NCBI GenBank assembly: GCA_951406725.2 | Contig: OX597820.1 | Span: 77,066,001-77,130,000 of the forward strand | DNA: 64,000 nt | Source of the DNA: Octopus vulgaris | Taxonomy: Eukaryota | Direction of reading: 5' to 3' | Shown here: positions 28,340-41,640 of the stretch, piece after piece | How the letters are laid out: each line of letters begins with the position of its first letter | Position numbering within the stretch: the stretch's first letter is position 1 | Position numbers and translations under genes: made by a program | The notes under the pieces: generated by a model | The model's input: only the letters and a program-made list of their open reading frames with translations | The model's database searches: none | Told to the model about the DNA's origin: nothing

Positions 28340-28870
28340 TTTTAATCTCTTTACTTCTTATAGTCATCAGAAAGCGGCCATGCTGGAGCACCACTTGAGC
28401 GGGTTTTAGTCGTGGAAATCGACCCCAAGACCTATTCTTTGTAAGCCTAGTACATATACTATCGGCATCTTTTGTCAAACCGCTAAGATAAGTTAAAGTG
28501 GTTAAGTGATGATTGGAGAAACTCAGATGCAAAGATATACACATATAAATATATACATATATGTATATATATCAAAACGATGCGTTATAATACTATTCCG
28601 CAGCCACACCAACAATCCAAGGAAACCACAAATTTCAAACACAGTTACCCAATAAACATACATACATATGCACACACACACACATACACACACACACATA
28701 TATATATATATATACGATGGGTTCTTCTACTTTCCGTCTACCAAATCCACTTACAAGTCATTGGTTGGCCTGAAGCTGGAGTAGAATACACTTGTCCAAG
28801 ATGCTATGGAGTGGGACTGAAACCGGATCCATGAGGTTGGGAAGCAAGTTTTTTGTTACACAGGCACGAC
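28340..28870 (-). mobile_element. SINE family B, diverged
   Basis: ttccgtctaccaaatccact...cacttgtccaagatgctatggagtgggactgaa and gctggagcacc...gaccccaagac match SINE B. Confidence 0.75.
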
Positions 28871-29190
28871 TGGTGGATAATCTCACATTTTTAACACCAT
28901 ATTTGTATCCATTCTGTTAAAAAGCTCCCCTGGGGAGTTTTCCCAAAATCTGTTTTATATTATTATTCGTTATTAGCATCACTACTACATCTACAGCAAC
29001 ATGCACATGGACACATGTTTATATATTAATAACATGCTTGGAAACATGTAATGTTTGGCCACAAGAAGAGCATCTGCCTGTAGTATTACTGCCTCAGCAA
29101 ATTCCGTGAAAGCATATAACATTGTACATCGAAGCAAGAGTGATTGTATGCTTGTATTTGTGTCTGTCTGTGTCTAATATATGTATGTGT

Positions 29191-29380
29191 TTGCATTCAT
29201 TGAGTATACAGAATGCGACGTAGGATGCACAGGCAAGAGAGTGACAGAGAGTTGTGATTACTGAGACAGACAAAGAATTTTGTATATACAGATTGGGAAA
29301 CCATAAGTTCCATCATATCCTGTGATTTTATATAAACGATTATCAGTCGCCATAATAAGTATATGTATGTGTAGATGTGT
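29191..29380 (+). repeat. ~190-bp near-identical local duplication (second copy ~30413-30605; weaker relative ~31150-31310)
   Basis: ttgcattcattgagtatacagaatgcgacgtaggatgc...cagtcgccata..gtatatgtatgtgtagatgtgtg at both sites. Confidence 0.9.
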
Positions 29381-31890
29381 GTGTGTGTGTGTGTGTGTGT
29401 GTGAGTTTGTGAATGTGTGTGTGTTAGTGTGTGTGTGTGTGTACGTGTGTGGGTTTTGTGTGTTTGTGTCTTAACTTTGCAGGAGGGACATTGAATAAGA
29501 ATTGTGCATTATGCCAACGTAGGTTATAACGTCCATTTTCGCACAGTTTCGTCTAGAATAAGGAAATTAAAGTATATAGTGATATTTGACAGCAGCTTAA
29601 CATATTACACTGCAGTAATTATTTGAAACGTAATCTCTTACGTTGACTGGCAAAGAGAATTCTAAAAAGTACATCAAATTCACATTTCCTCCTTTTGTGT
29701 ATCTTATTATTAATAACTAAATGTTAATTAAGATATTCCGTCCTCGGTGTTATCGTTAAAGTGATTTTCTGTTAGCGATAGATGGTTAAAAGTTCAATGT
29801 TTTTTTAATGAATCACTTATATATCAGCAATTTCTCGCAACCATACTGTGCAGTTAGGCATGATCATGCGGGCGTTGTTCGGAAAATGATTGATTAGAAA
29901 GTCTTTTTCGCTGAGATTTCCGAATATACAGCCGCTTCTCTAGAGTAGGCTAGAATCTCTTCATCTCGTACATAGTCTTTAGAATTCAAGCTGCATATGC
30001 ACAGGTCAACTTCAGCATAGTATTGGTTAATATATTTTGAAATATTTGCACATTAGATACTTCAGTAGTATCAATGATATCCGGCAACACTCTGCAAGTT
30101 ATCCAAACAATTTTCCAATATAAACTTATCATATTTTCCTATCGATGATGTTTGTTGATCTCTAAATGGAATGCTCAGGCGTTATCTACACATATATATT
30201 CCACTGTAATCGCAGCCGCACCATTCATGTTTTGTATAGAAATTCCATGCAAATAACAGATGTCCAATCTATGCAATGCGATATCTGCAAGCCTATAGCT
30301 TATGGAATCAGTAGCTTCTGTTACTTAGGGAAGCAAGTGAATGTGTCGCCCGAAGTTCTACGGAATGTTTAGATGAAAAAGCTGTTCTAAACAGGAAATA
30401 CAATTTTTCAAAATTGCATTCATTGAGTATACAGAATGCGACGTAGGATGCACAGGCAAGAGAGTGACAGACAGTTGTGATTACTGAGACAGACAAAGAA
30501 TTTTGTATATACAGATTGGGAAACCATAAGTTCCATCATATCCTGTGATTTTATATAAACGATTATCAGTCGCCATATAAGTATATGTATGTGTAGATGT
30601 GTGTCTCTGTGTGTGTGTGTTGAATAACGTAGATAATGCGGAGACACACACATACTCATACATTCACACACACTGAGATTCATATAGAAAATGCGACGTT
30701 GTCGTCGAGTGGGGAAACACAGACACACTGACCGCGGAAACACAGACACGCAGACAGACACATGCTCATTTATACACTCACGCGCATACACACTGACAGA
30801 CACAGACAGAATCATATACAGAAGATATATCGTTGAAACAATAGGTAAATGAATATAGGTGACTCATTATCTATTTCAAGTGTTAATGGCCTAGAAAAGG
30901 TTAAGAGTGAAGTGCAGAACACATAGATCTGCGATCTTCGTTGATAGAACAATAGGCCTTATGTCTAGGGACAATTTCTAGACTCGATTTTGAATCTCAG
31001 GCTGGAGTAAGCGAGGTCTGTACAGAACTCATCAGTAAATTAAATTTCGGACGCATGTGATTTAGAAAAATCATTGACAAATAAATTACTAAGCAATGAG
31101 TATCATCGTGCATTTGATGTAGGGAAAGGGTGTACATTAGCGCATGCCAGTCTTCACATATGTATGTGTAGATGTGTAGATGTATGTGTGTGTGTGTGTG
31201 AGTTGAATAACGTACGTAAGGCGAAGAGAGACACAAACTCGCATATACAGAATGTGACGTAGCATGCAATGGGAACAGACAGGCGGATATGTTTGATTAC
31301 AGACAGAAACACAAACAGAAAAAGCACATTTATTAAATGTCTTGCAACGATGCAACTGGTACAATATGAAACAATATAAAAGTGAAAGACCATTAAAAGT
31401 GAAAGTATTATATGTTTACAATATAGATGTTAATGTTTCACTTTTGAAACGGAATAGCGAACCAGTGTAAGAGATTGTTCCGAGTCCGCATTAGGCAAGA
31501 CGTTGAATACGTTTTTGGCCCACGACAGTCCATGGACTCTAAGTAATTCAAGAGTAAATTTTGAATGAAATCGATTGGGTAGTTCTCGATGTGCTGTACA
31601 CATAGACACGCCCACAGACGTAGAGACAGGCATTCTCAGTTTTATGTATATATATATGATGGTGGTTGTCTACTCCTCATGCAGAGGATGTCCACTTTTT
31701 GTACTTACAGTTTAGATCCATCATGGAGTCTGAAGTGGCTTTTTAAACCTGACATTGTATTGAAAATACACTCATATAGATTGCATACCTGACTTAGATC
31801 ACCAAGAGCTTCAAATAAGTACTGATCTTTGTAGATCTTAAAATGTCTTTTGAAACTGCCGTTACATATATATATGTACATCTGTGTTTG

Positions 31891-31923
<33 letters not shown>

Positions 31924-32003
31924 TATTAGTGAATTGAACGCCTTACGTACGTTTTGCTCCGCCTCTGTTCTGTTTTTGTTTATTCCAACGGATTTCCTAT
32001 TTC

Positions 32004-32083
32004 TTCCTGAAGAGAAAGACACAATATGGTCTCATTATTCAATCGGAATTTGGTAAATTGTGCCTTTCGAAACACGTGTAGAA
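32004..32083 (+). ncRNA. Type I hammerhead ribozyme, canonical core, long helix II
   Basis: UUC-CUGAAGA-GAAAGACACAAU[loop]AUUGUGCCUUUC-GAAA-CACGUG-UA^GAA; helix II 11/12 paired; palindromic loop III; GUA cleavage triplet. Confidence 0.8.
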
Positions 32084-32353
32084 TGCAATAAAACGATTTC
32101 TGTTCAATCTTCGTTCAACTCCATTTCTTCAATTCACTAATAATATTAAAATTCAATTATCCGCACCAACGCACGGTTGCAACACCATATGGTTGTACCT
32201 CCAACCGTGCTGTCTTCTGCTGTGATTTTCGCTACCAAGGTATCGGTTAAACTTTTGATTAATCTGCAACAAGATTATTCATCTTTCTATATTTATATAT
32301 ATATACATATATGTATGTATACTTATGTGTCTATATGAATGTATGTATGTACG

Positions 32354-32394
<41 letters not shown>

Positions 32395-33573
32395 GAATAT
32401 ATCTATATGTGTTTGTGTGTATCTGTGTATGTGTGTTTGTTTGTTTGTATCCGTGTCCATATGTATGGATTATAATTAACTGTTTGGGCGACAAAGATGG
32501 TGCAATAAATAAGTGCAACTGAATTCGCGTCATTTACATCTAATTCTACGAAGTAATCATTAACTTCGGTTTTACTCTGAAGTCTGTAAAATAAAGCAGC
32601 AAGGAAATTGCTTGGATCAATCCAATGGCGAATAAGTTTTGAGAAGGCAGTAGATACCTCCAACGTAGTCGCACTTCAAAGGACTAGAATCAATAAAAGA
32701 ATACAAGAACAATACTTTATAGTTTATAACCTGTATAGTTCCTTTGCACACATCAACCCAACTACAAACCGGGAGAATATATCTGACCCATTACATGAAA
32801 AGCATACCAAAACTGTCAGTTAATTTTTCACCAGTCCGAATGCAAAATGGCGTTTTAGAATGTACTTAAGTTATGGGGATTGCATAGCCTCAGTAAGGTA
32901 CGAGTCGAATCTAATACAAAATAACATTAAAGAGAACGTGGCCGAATAAAAGGTAATGCTTTACCGTCACAAGACCATTAAGTAGCTACAATTCCCAACA
33001 ATAACATTTCATGAAGATTAGCTTCCATCGCATTCCCCGAATTTACGAGAATATGAAATTATATCTGGAATAAAGAAATAATAAGTTCGCTCATGGAACC
33101 TGAAAGCAATAAATATAAAATGAGTTCTAAGCCAAATAAGACGTTTTTATACCATTAAATATATACATATAAATATACATAGATACAAACATATATATGA
33201 ATATATATATATATATATATATACATACATAAACATATGCATATGTATATTTATTTATTTATTTATATGTATATGAATAACTAGTTTTATGTGTGTATGT
33301 ATGTATGTATGTATATATATGTATGTATGAAAGTATGTATGGAAAATAGATTGAGTCATTTCTAGTCATATCCCAAGGAAGTGGTTTAATGAGACGATGC
33401 GTCAAGCGATAGAAGTATTAATAATTTAAAGGGACAGGTTTTGAACATAGAGACATGAAAAATATAGAAAATATTGCCAAATGTAGGTAAATAATTCGTA
33501 CGGCACATACTCAGAGATGCATGCACAAACGCACACACACGTACACATATACCCACGTATACATGTACATATA

Positions 33574-33605
<32 letters not shown>

Positions 33606-34269
33606 CATGTTTATTAACATATGCGTGAGTATTAGTGCGTTTGAATTCATATGTGGATATTACAAACGCACGATTACACATATGTGCACACACTCATATA
33701 CACACACTCACACAAATATATATAAGTGTGAGTGCATATTCAAAAGAGGAGTGTGTATGTATATAAAGACTTGTGTATGTAAGTATCTAACTATGTATAT
33801 ATGTGTGTGTGTGTGCGCACACATATGTATGTAATATGCTTATGTATATTACGTGTTCTATTGGAACTTCTAAATCAATATATATACATAATGTAGATAA
33901 ATTCTCGGCTTTTTAATGTCTAGTTTCTGTATTTGCTATTGGCTCACAGAAGCTTATAATTGGCGACAACTTGTAAACTTTTCTACCAACATTTGAACAA
34001 CAAGAATTCGGAGCGTTTTAGTGGCCCAGTTTACAGAAATTATATCAATTTTATGTGTGCCATGATGAAGTAGCTGCAATCCGTGACTGAATACGGAGAC
34101 AACTATATACCAATAATCTAATGTCAAAACCATTAGTCGATTAGGTGCAGCCGGTCATTCAATCTGCGACGAGTAAAACACATGTGTACGCGGGCAGAAA
34201 TGTAGAAAAAAATAGAGAGGGTGACAGAGAGACTGATTGGCAGAGACATTATAATTCATTCGTTAAAGA

Positions 34270-35520
34270 AGACTGAAATGAGTCCGGCCATATAAAGAAA
34301 AACTGTCCCCGGGAACCAAATAAGGTCCCGGAGCAGTTGAGTGAGACTCCTGTAGAAGAGGGAATGAAGGCAGTCGAGGAAGAAGAGGACTCCTCAAACA
34401 AGGGCTGAAAGATCAAGGTGAGCAACAATGTGTGCTCACCGAAGGATCCTAGGGATGCGAAGGGGAGGGCGAATCTTCCGGCACGGAGGAGACGCACCCT
34501 CCCTCAGTTGAAAAGAGACAAAAAGAGGAAGAGGAAGAGAAACGGGACATTGCCGGAAGTCTGTGACATAGTACTGGAATGTCTCGGAACTACGTCGGTT
34601 GGGGTTGTGCCACCGGCAGGAGAAGAAACACCGTTGGCGGGAACTGTGCCGCCAATGAAAGAATTGGACATCCCTCCCCCGGAGAAAGACGAAATATTGA
34701 TCTTCTTCTATAGAGGCGGAGAGATTGAAAAGGTGATGGAAAAGCACCATAAGGGAGCACCTTTAGCCTTCACACAGAACCCCGAATGGCCTCCGCAGGT
34801 AGCTGTGGAGGCCATAATGTTTGATGTGACGTTTGGGCTGACAAATGGGCAACGCTGACACAGAACTCGATACGATTTTGAAAGAGGCGTGGAAGATGGT
34901 AGAGGATGCGGGCACAAGTTATTTTGAGGGTGAGTTATAAATTGTGGCACTGTGTGACGCAAACATTTGATAATAGGCACTTCGCATTCTTTCTGAACTC
35001 CAGGCTGTCAATGTGGTCTGCTCTGCAGGCGACTAGATATTTGATTGGGGTCCGGAAAGAGGAGGAAGGGAAAAGTGATAATGTATTTTTTATGTTTGGT
35101 TGACATGTTGATTTTTATGTAAGTGTAAGGTCTCCATGGCTAATTTGATGAAATAAAGAAGCTTGCTTCCCTGAGGGAGGAGCCCACGCCCTGGACAAGG
35201 GACGAGGAGTGGCCTTCGCAGGTGACTACGAAGATCATATCGGATGTCGCTATGGTCAGAGTAATGAACACCTTCTCAAAGGACAAGTTTAGATACGCCT
35301 TGAAAAGTTGTAAAAGTTGTAAGATGTTTAATACCTCGTTTTGTGTTTTGTTTTAACGAACAATGTTTTAGAGAAGCAGAAGTCGGCGGGCGCTTTTTAT
35401 CTTCTCCCATCCTTATCATCTTTCTTTCATTATCATTAATTTCATTAATGTCCTTGTCCAGCCCGCAAAGCTACTTTACTCTATGTACTGCCTTTATGGC
35501 AAATGTAATGAAATAAAGAA
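34270..35520 (+). mobile_element. Two tandem internally deleted Tx1/L1-like LINE derivatives (34270-35160 and 35172-35520)
   Basis: Zinc-knuckle remnant GHIKKNCP at ~34285; shared peptide (NPEWPPQVAVEAIMFDV ~ DEEWPSQVTTKIISDV); both end in atgaaataaagaa. Confidence 0.55.
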
Positions 35521-36029
35521 GATTGAAATGAACAGTTTTCTCTCTTCATGCGCCTTAAGAGAAATATGCTCACTCACAAAACTTGACAGAGAGAGAAGGG
35601 AAGACAGAGAATAAGAGAGAGCGAGAGAGAGAGAAAAACGAGGAATGGAATGAGAGAATGAGAGAAATATTAAGACAGAAGAAATATTAAATCAGCTGAT
35701 ATGAAATAAGTCAACATCAAATCAATGATGACACATGGGCGGCGCCGAAACGGCTATGCAAAACGTATTATACAGAAATACCTTTGGTAGTTTATGCTTC
35801 ACTTTCAACGGGAATTATTCGATCTTCCAGTAATTTTCCGAAACTGCAACTTATGCTCACAGGAATGGCTTTGAGTTTAATTTTAAGGTCAACATCATTT
35901 AAATACTGCCAATATTCATAACGTTTATGATAGCTTGTGCCAAGTCAATTATTTTACTTACATGCATCCTTTACTGTCCGTCCAATATGATTCCCATGAT
36001 AGTCTTTTAATATTTCATTTTGGATTACG

Positions 36030-36200
36030 TTTGCAAGATTCTTTATGTGAGTTCGTGTGTTGAAGCATATTCAGTTGTGTCTGGGGAGAGTCATTCTCTT
36101 TTAGAGTCTTGTAATTTAACTCACACACCGGTAAAATTTCCATTTATTTCCTTTTTATTATTCTAAACTTTTCGTTGCATCTGACAACCTTTTCAATAGT
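36030..36200 (-). mobile_element. Non-coding repeat (same family as 43090-43450) with a U3-A8 HHR-like motif at 36163-36199
   Basis: Minus strand CUA-UUGAAAA-G-GUUGU cagau GCAAC-GAAA-AG-UU-UAG; the rest aligns to 43314-43448. Confidence 0.7.
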
Positions 36201-36229
36201 TTTGGCTCTTTCAATATTGGTTTCATATT

Positions 36230-36420
36230 TTGGTGGAAGACCAGCAGTTTTGATGTTGGGATGAATTCAATTACACCGATCCCAGTGTTCAACCGGTAAT
36301 AATTTTGTTGATCCCGAAACGATGAGAGGTAAATCGGTCTCGGCGGAACTTGCATTCAGAACGCAAAGAATATATCGCTAAGCATTTTGCTTGGATTGTA
36401 ACGAGTCTGCCACCTTGCCC
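36230..36420 (-). mobile_element. SINE family A, diverged
   Basis: ctcggcggaacttgcattcagaacg...cgctaagcattttgc is the reverse complement of the SINE A head. Confidence 0.75.
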
Positions 36421-36979
36421 CCAACTTATAGTATAAACATCTTTATAGCCAAAGACAGTCACCTCGTACTGATAGAGTTGAACTGACATCCAGAAGTATT
36501 TCTCATACCTAGAATTATTTTGCATTGTTACAATATAACCATGTAACCATATTTATGTCAGGGCAAAAAACCTCTGAACAAAAAGAATTATAATTCTCTG
36601 TAGCTCTTGCTAAATGGAACGTCTCGCTAGCTTCTATTCATTGTGACGCGCCTAGTTTTGGAATGAGAGATAAGAGGATTTCGTTCTATCTCATATATAA
36701 GAGGACCAATAGAATTAGAAAATAGAAGCAGAAAACCGTGATGCATTCTAGTAATCTAGAATGGATGAATTACAGATAGGATAGAAATATGCAAATATAA
36801 TTATAGGAGGATAAGTATTTCGTAACAATTTGTTGCATGTGATTTCAATTTAACAAATATTTTGTTCATATCCCGCATCCAGACTGCACAGGAATTTCTA
36901 GGACATATATTATGCACATATATTGATGCACAAACGCATGCGCAGACATGCATACGCGCGCACGGACTCATGTATATAT

Positions 36980-37130
36980 AAGGCTGTGTGGTAAGTATCT
37001 TGCTTAACAACCACATCATTCCAGGTTCAATCCCACTGCGTGGCACCTTGGGCAAGTGTCTTCTACTAAATCCTCGGGAAGACCAAAGTCTCGTGTGTGG
37101 ATTTGGAAGACGGAAACTGAAAGAAGCCTG

Positions 37131-37211
<81 letters not shown>

Positions 37212-37420
37212 CGCGTGTGCATATGTTTGTGTGTCTATGTTTGTTCCCCCAACATCGCTGGTGTGTTTACGTCCCCGTAACTTAGCGGTTCGGCCAAAGC
37301 GTCCGATAGAATAAGTATTACGCTTACAAAGAATACGTCCTGGGTCGATTTGCTCGACTAAAAGCGGTTTTCCAGCATGGTCAGAGTCCAATGACTGAGA
37401 CAAGTAAAAGAGTAAAATAG
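36980..37420 (+). mobile_element. SINE family B with expanded internal (TA)n
   Basis: ggctgtgtggtaag...ggttcaatcccactgcgtggcaccttgggcaagtgtctt...acaagtaaaagagtaaa. Confidence 0.9.
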
Positions 37421-37431
37421 TATATATGTAT

Positions 37432-37509
<78 letters not shown>

Positions 37510-37810
37510 CAATTAAGGACAACTACTTAATAAGGAAAACTTAACAAGAAACTGTCAGGTAGATAAAATTTCGAAAATAATTATTTCTTATTGAACATAT
37601 TAATTTATATATAGAGGGCATTATACATACATGCCATTATACATACATATATTACATCCGGTAAATGGCAGACTTTTACGAATTGCAATTCGTAAAAGTC
37701 TGCCATTTACCGGATGTAATATATGTAAACTCACCCATGTGCTTCGTTGATGTTGATCAGTTAGCTGATCGGCTTAAGCGAGGCGGGGTCGTTTATGTAT
37801 GATACATCCA

Positions 37811-37856
37811 GGCCTGCTGATGAATACGTAAGTATGAAATCACTGTGATACAGGTC
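37811..37856 (+). ncRNA. Type I hammerhead ribozyme (copy 1)
   Basis: GGCCUG-CUGAUGA-AUAC guaa GUAU-GAAA-UCA cug UGA-UA^CAGGUC; all core nucleotides present and helices I-III pair. Confidence 0.9.
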
Positions 37857-38265
37857 TATATTTTTTAAATGTCTTACTTTGAAAAATTGCATTCGGTGGG
37901 ATTAGTAATATTTTTGGTAGAAATGACTAATTGTCCCTCTTAGCGTGTGGCATGTATGTATAATGCCCTCTATATATAAATTAATATGTTCAATAAGAAA
38001 TAATTATTTTCGAAATTTTTTTTCTCTTATGAGGTTTTCACGCTATCTACCTGACAATTTCTTGTTAAGTTTTCCTTATAAAGTAGTTGTCCTTAATTGC
38101 TAAATTTTTATTCCGAAAAAACTTTTCCTTTCCCGAAATGCAATTCGTAAAAGTCTGCCATTTACCGGATGTAATATATGTAAACTCACCCATGTGCTTC
38201 GTTGATGTTGATCAGTTAGCTGATCGGCTTAAGCGAGGCGGGGTCGTTTATGTATGATACATCAA

Positions 38266-38311
38266 GGCCTGCTGATGAATACGTAAGTATGAAATCACTG
38301 TGATACAGGTC
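38266..38311 (+). ncRNA. Type I hammerhead ribozyme (copy 2)
   Basis: Identical motif 455 nt downstream of copy 1. Confidence 0.9.
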
Positions 38312-38569
38312 TATATTTTTTAAATGTCTTTGAAAAATTGCATTCGGTGGGATTAGTAATATTTTTGGTAGAAATGACTAATTGTCCCTCTTAGCGTGTG
38401 GCATGTATGTATAATGCCCTCTGGCATGTATGTATAATGCCCTCTATATATAAATTATATATATATATATATATATATAATTATAATATATATATATATA
38501 TATATGTACATATATATAGACATATATACATATATACATACATATATATAAATATATATACATGTATAT

Positions 38570-38601
<32 letters not shown>

Positions 38602-38767
38602 GTGTGTGTGTATGTATGTATGTATGTTTGTATATTTGTATGTATATATATATATATATAGTTAATCCAAACAAGAAAACACAGAAAACAAAGCTGAAAA
38701 AAACACAGCAACGCGAGGACGCGGAACAATTAAAGTATTATTTGACGCTCAGGAAAGAAGGGAAAGG

Positions 38768-38802
38768 GTTTAACGTTTCGAGCGGAGCTCTTCTTCGGAA
38801 AC
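38768..38802 (-). ncRNA. Minimal HHR variant (U4C, extra A after A9) within repeat 38660-38910
   Basis: GUUU-CCGAAGA-A-GAGC ucc GCUC-GAAA-CG-UU-AAAC. Confidence 0.6.
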
Positions 38803-38979
38803 AAAGGAGAAGGAAAGATCCTGAGGAGGGAAGACAGAGGGAAAAAAAAATATTTGCTGGTGGTGCTCAAGAGATCACATGTTGAAAGAACAGAAGTTGA
38901 AAGGATGCCCCAATCAATCAATAAATCGATCAAAAATCAATATATATATATATATATTGATTTATTGATTGATTGGGTC

Positions 38980-39017
<38 letters not shown>

Positions 39018-39034
39018 ATTTATTGATTGATTTT

Positions 39035-40100
39035 TTTATTGCATCAACTAAAAATCATAGGGGGACGGGATAAACGACCTACATCAACTTGCAATAAAAC
39101 TTGGTAGCATCATTACATTTGACTCCTTCTCAGTGCAAGTTTTAAAGAGTGCAGTTCTTTATGAAAGGAGCACATTCGACATATCTTCCTTTATGTGTTC
39201 AATGATGGAAAGTGAGAGGAATATTAATGCAGTATATAGGGATCGGACAATAAGCATAAGCCAGTGTCAACGGTGGTTGCAGAAATTCGAATCGGAAACT
39301 ACAGCCTAGTAGATGAGACACGTAGTGGAAGATCTGTAGTACTCGAAGAGGACGTCCTACAAAACCTGTTGGAACAAAATATCATCGTAACTGTTGAGGA
39401 ACTAGGACAGAAGCTTGGATTTGGTCATTCAACCATTCATCGACTCCTGTATGCCATCGCAAAAGTCAGCAAACTGGATCAATGGGTTCCTCACAACCTA
39501 TCGATTCTCATCGCGTGAAGTGAGTGAACGTGTGCTCTTCTCTGCTGTCACGTCTCATGAATGAACCTTAATTGAACTGAATAGTGACTGGTGACGAGAA
39601 ATAGGTTCTATATAAAAATGTCAAGCGCCGAAGACAGTGGGAAGAGAAAGGAGAAACGCCCACGTAGCGTGTTCTTATCTGTTTGGTGGGATATGAAAGA
39701 TTTAGTCCACTTTGAACTGTTAAACCCAAACCAAATGATAACAAAGGAGATCTACTGCGAGTATCTTGAGCGGGTTACGTCAGAACTAGAAGAAAAACGA
39801 CCATGTTGGCTTCAAGAAAAAATGTGTTCTTCCATCAGGAGAATGCTCGGCAACATTCAGCGAGGAAACGATGCCCCACCCACCTAATTCGCCGAACATT
39901 GCCCTATTTGGCTATCACTTATTCTGCGGTATTGAAAATCATTTGAACGGAAAAAATATGCGGTCAGAACAGTACTGAAGGTGTATTTTTCATCACGGTC
40001 AAATGAAGTTTGGAGGAGGAGTCTTGCACGTCTACCAGGCGTGCAAATTGTAGAAAATGAAGGAGAGTATATTTTAGATTAAAAATAAAATAATACAAAC
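39035..40100 (+). mobile_element. Degraded mariner element
   Basis: DETRSGRS, TVEELGQKLG, WVPHNL, VTGDEK, VWWD, SPNIA..GYHLF and ENEGEYILD motifs across frames. Confidence 0.88.
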
Positions 40101-40740
40101 CAGGAAAAGGCAGTAGAGACAGTCGCTAATATTTCTACTATCTTCACCAGTTTTGTATTATCTTAATAATATTAGATTGAATTCAGTTAATTTAAATACC
40201 ATAGTCCTGGCTTAACTAATTGTTTGGCTTCCTCACTACTTTAACCGATGCATCCATACTCATAAGTAAGCTACAAACTGCCAGTTCTTTTCCAAACAAG
40301 ACATTCACATAAATAGACATCTCAAGCCGCTTCTCATATTTTCTGTATACATACATAAATATATATATATGTGTGTGTAGAGAGAGAGAGTGAGAGAATT
40401 TCCCCACAAAAATATATATATACGTCACTCCGTCTGTAATTTAGAAATAGGAAAATGACTTAAGGGAAACAAACATATATATTAGAAAATCCAATATATT
40501 TTTATAGAACTTCATTCACATATTCTTTCATACACAGTGCAGAAAACTAATAAATACTGCCGTCTTCATTTTATTATATGAGAGATACTAAACTTCCATA
40601 TTTGGACTGAAGGAAGTGCGTATTTAGTTCAATTGTAGCCTGTTATATTCCTTAATCCTTTAGTTCTCAAAGAGTATACACAACCAATTTATAACACACA
40701 CACAGACACACACACACACACATATATATATATACATATG

Positions 40741-40799
<59 letters not shown>

Positions 40800-41199
40800 T
40801 GAGTTCATTTATATTTATCATGCCAGTGTACAATAAAATTTGAGGAACGTTTGCTGCGAGAGCCTTTGTTAGGAAAAGAGTTTGACTACGTATGTATGCA
40901 AAATTCAAGTGTATTTCTGTCGTAATAGTGTCATTGCATTGCCAAATGCGTGTATTAGAGTAATTACGCTTCCAGAGTGATAAACCTCAATTTATAGTGA
41001 TTGCCCAGCTGGTCCTTCCGTTCCGATATATACACTAAAAAATACAATTTTTCTTTCCTGTGGTGAGGTTTTGAGCAAGCTGTAATTAATTTCTGTTAAA
41101 CACACATAACAGTCATGATCAAAATAACAATGTTATATGCAACAAATATATTACAAGAGTCAGTCAAACATTGTACGCAGTCTTTTTTCTGTAATTTAT

Positions 41200-41640
41200 T
41201 AAAACAAAATAAAGGGTTGAACATTTACAATATTTTTTCCGACACAATCTCCTTACTTTTCGATGCACTTCTTCTAGTGGTTCACAAGCTTACTTATTCC
41301 ATTGGAGAATGAGGCTTTCCGATGGTCGCGAAGTTTTTATGCATCACCTTCTGGGTTTCTTTATCCATAGCAACTCCACAACATCCTAGATGATGTTTGA
41401 GCTGCCCAAAGATGTGACAGTCGGGGGGGGTCCGATATTTGGATTGTATGCAGTGTGGATCAGTAGGTAGAAACCCAATATTTAAATGGTTTCAATGGTC
41501 TGAGCGGCTATATGTGCGTCATCATTGTTGTGCAATAATAACAGTTGTTTTGACAATAGACCACGACGTTTGGTACGAATTCCTGGTTTCCGTTTATCGG
41601 CCAGAATTTTACTGAAGACTACACTGGTAACTGTAGACCA
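41200..41640 (-). mobile_element. Mariner transposase C-terminal remnant
   Basis: IRTKRRGLLSKQLLLLHNN..AHIAAQT...HTAYNP..CHIFGQLKHHL...KLVNH*KKCIEK*GDCV. Confidence 0.78.

Larger units (their letters stand above)
37509..38455 (+). mobile_element. Non-coding retrozyme/PLE pseudo-LTR-like element: inverted 5' segment plus ~1.7 tandem copies of a 455-bp unit, embedded in (TA)n
   Basis: 37685-38139 is repeated from 38140; 37509-37684 is made of inverted unit fragments with a hairpin centred at 37681-37690; one HHR per unit; no ORF. Confidence 0.85.

Noticed and set aside
31705-31840. Minus-strand C2H2-like peptide CNLYECIFNTMSGLKSHFRLH with splice-like signals
   Set aside because: Resembles the terminal zinc-finger-like motif of RTE LINE ORF2 remnants; the implied 40-nt intron is implausibly short
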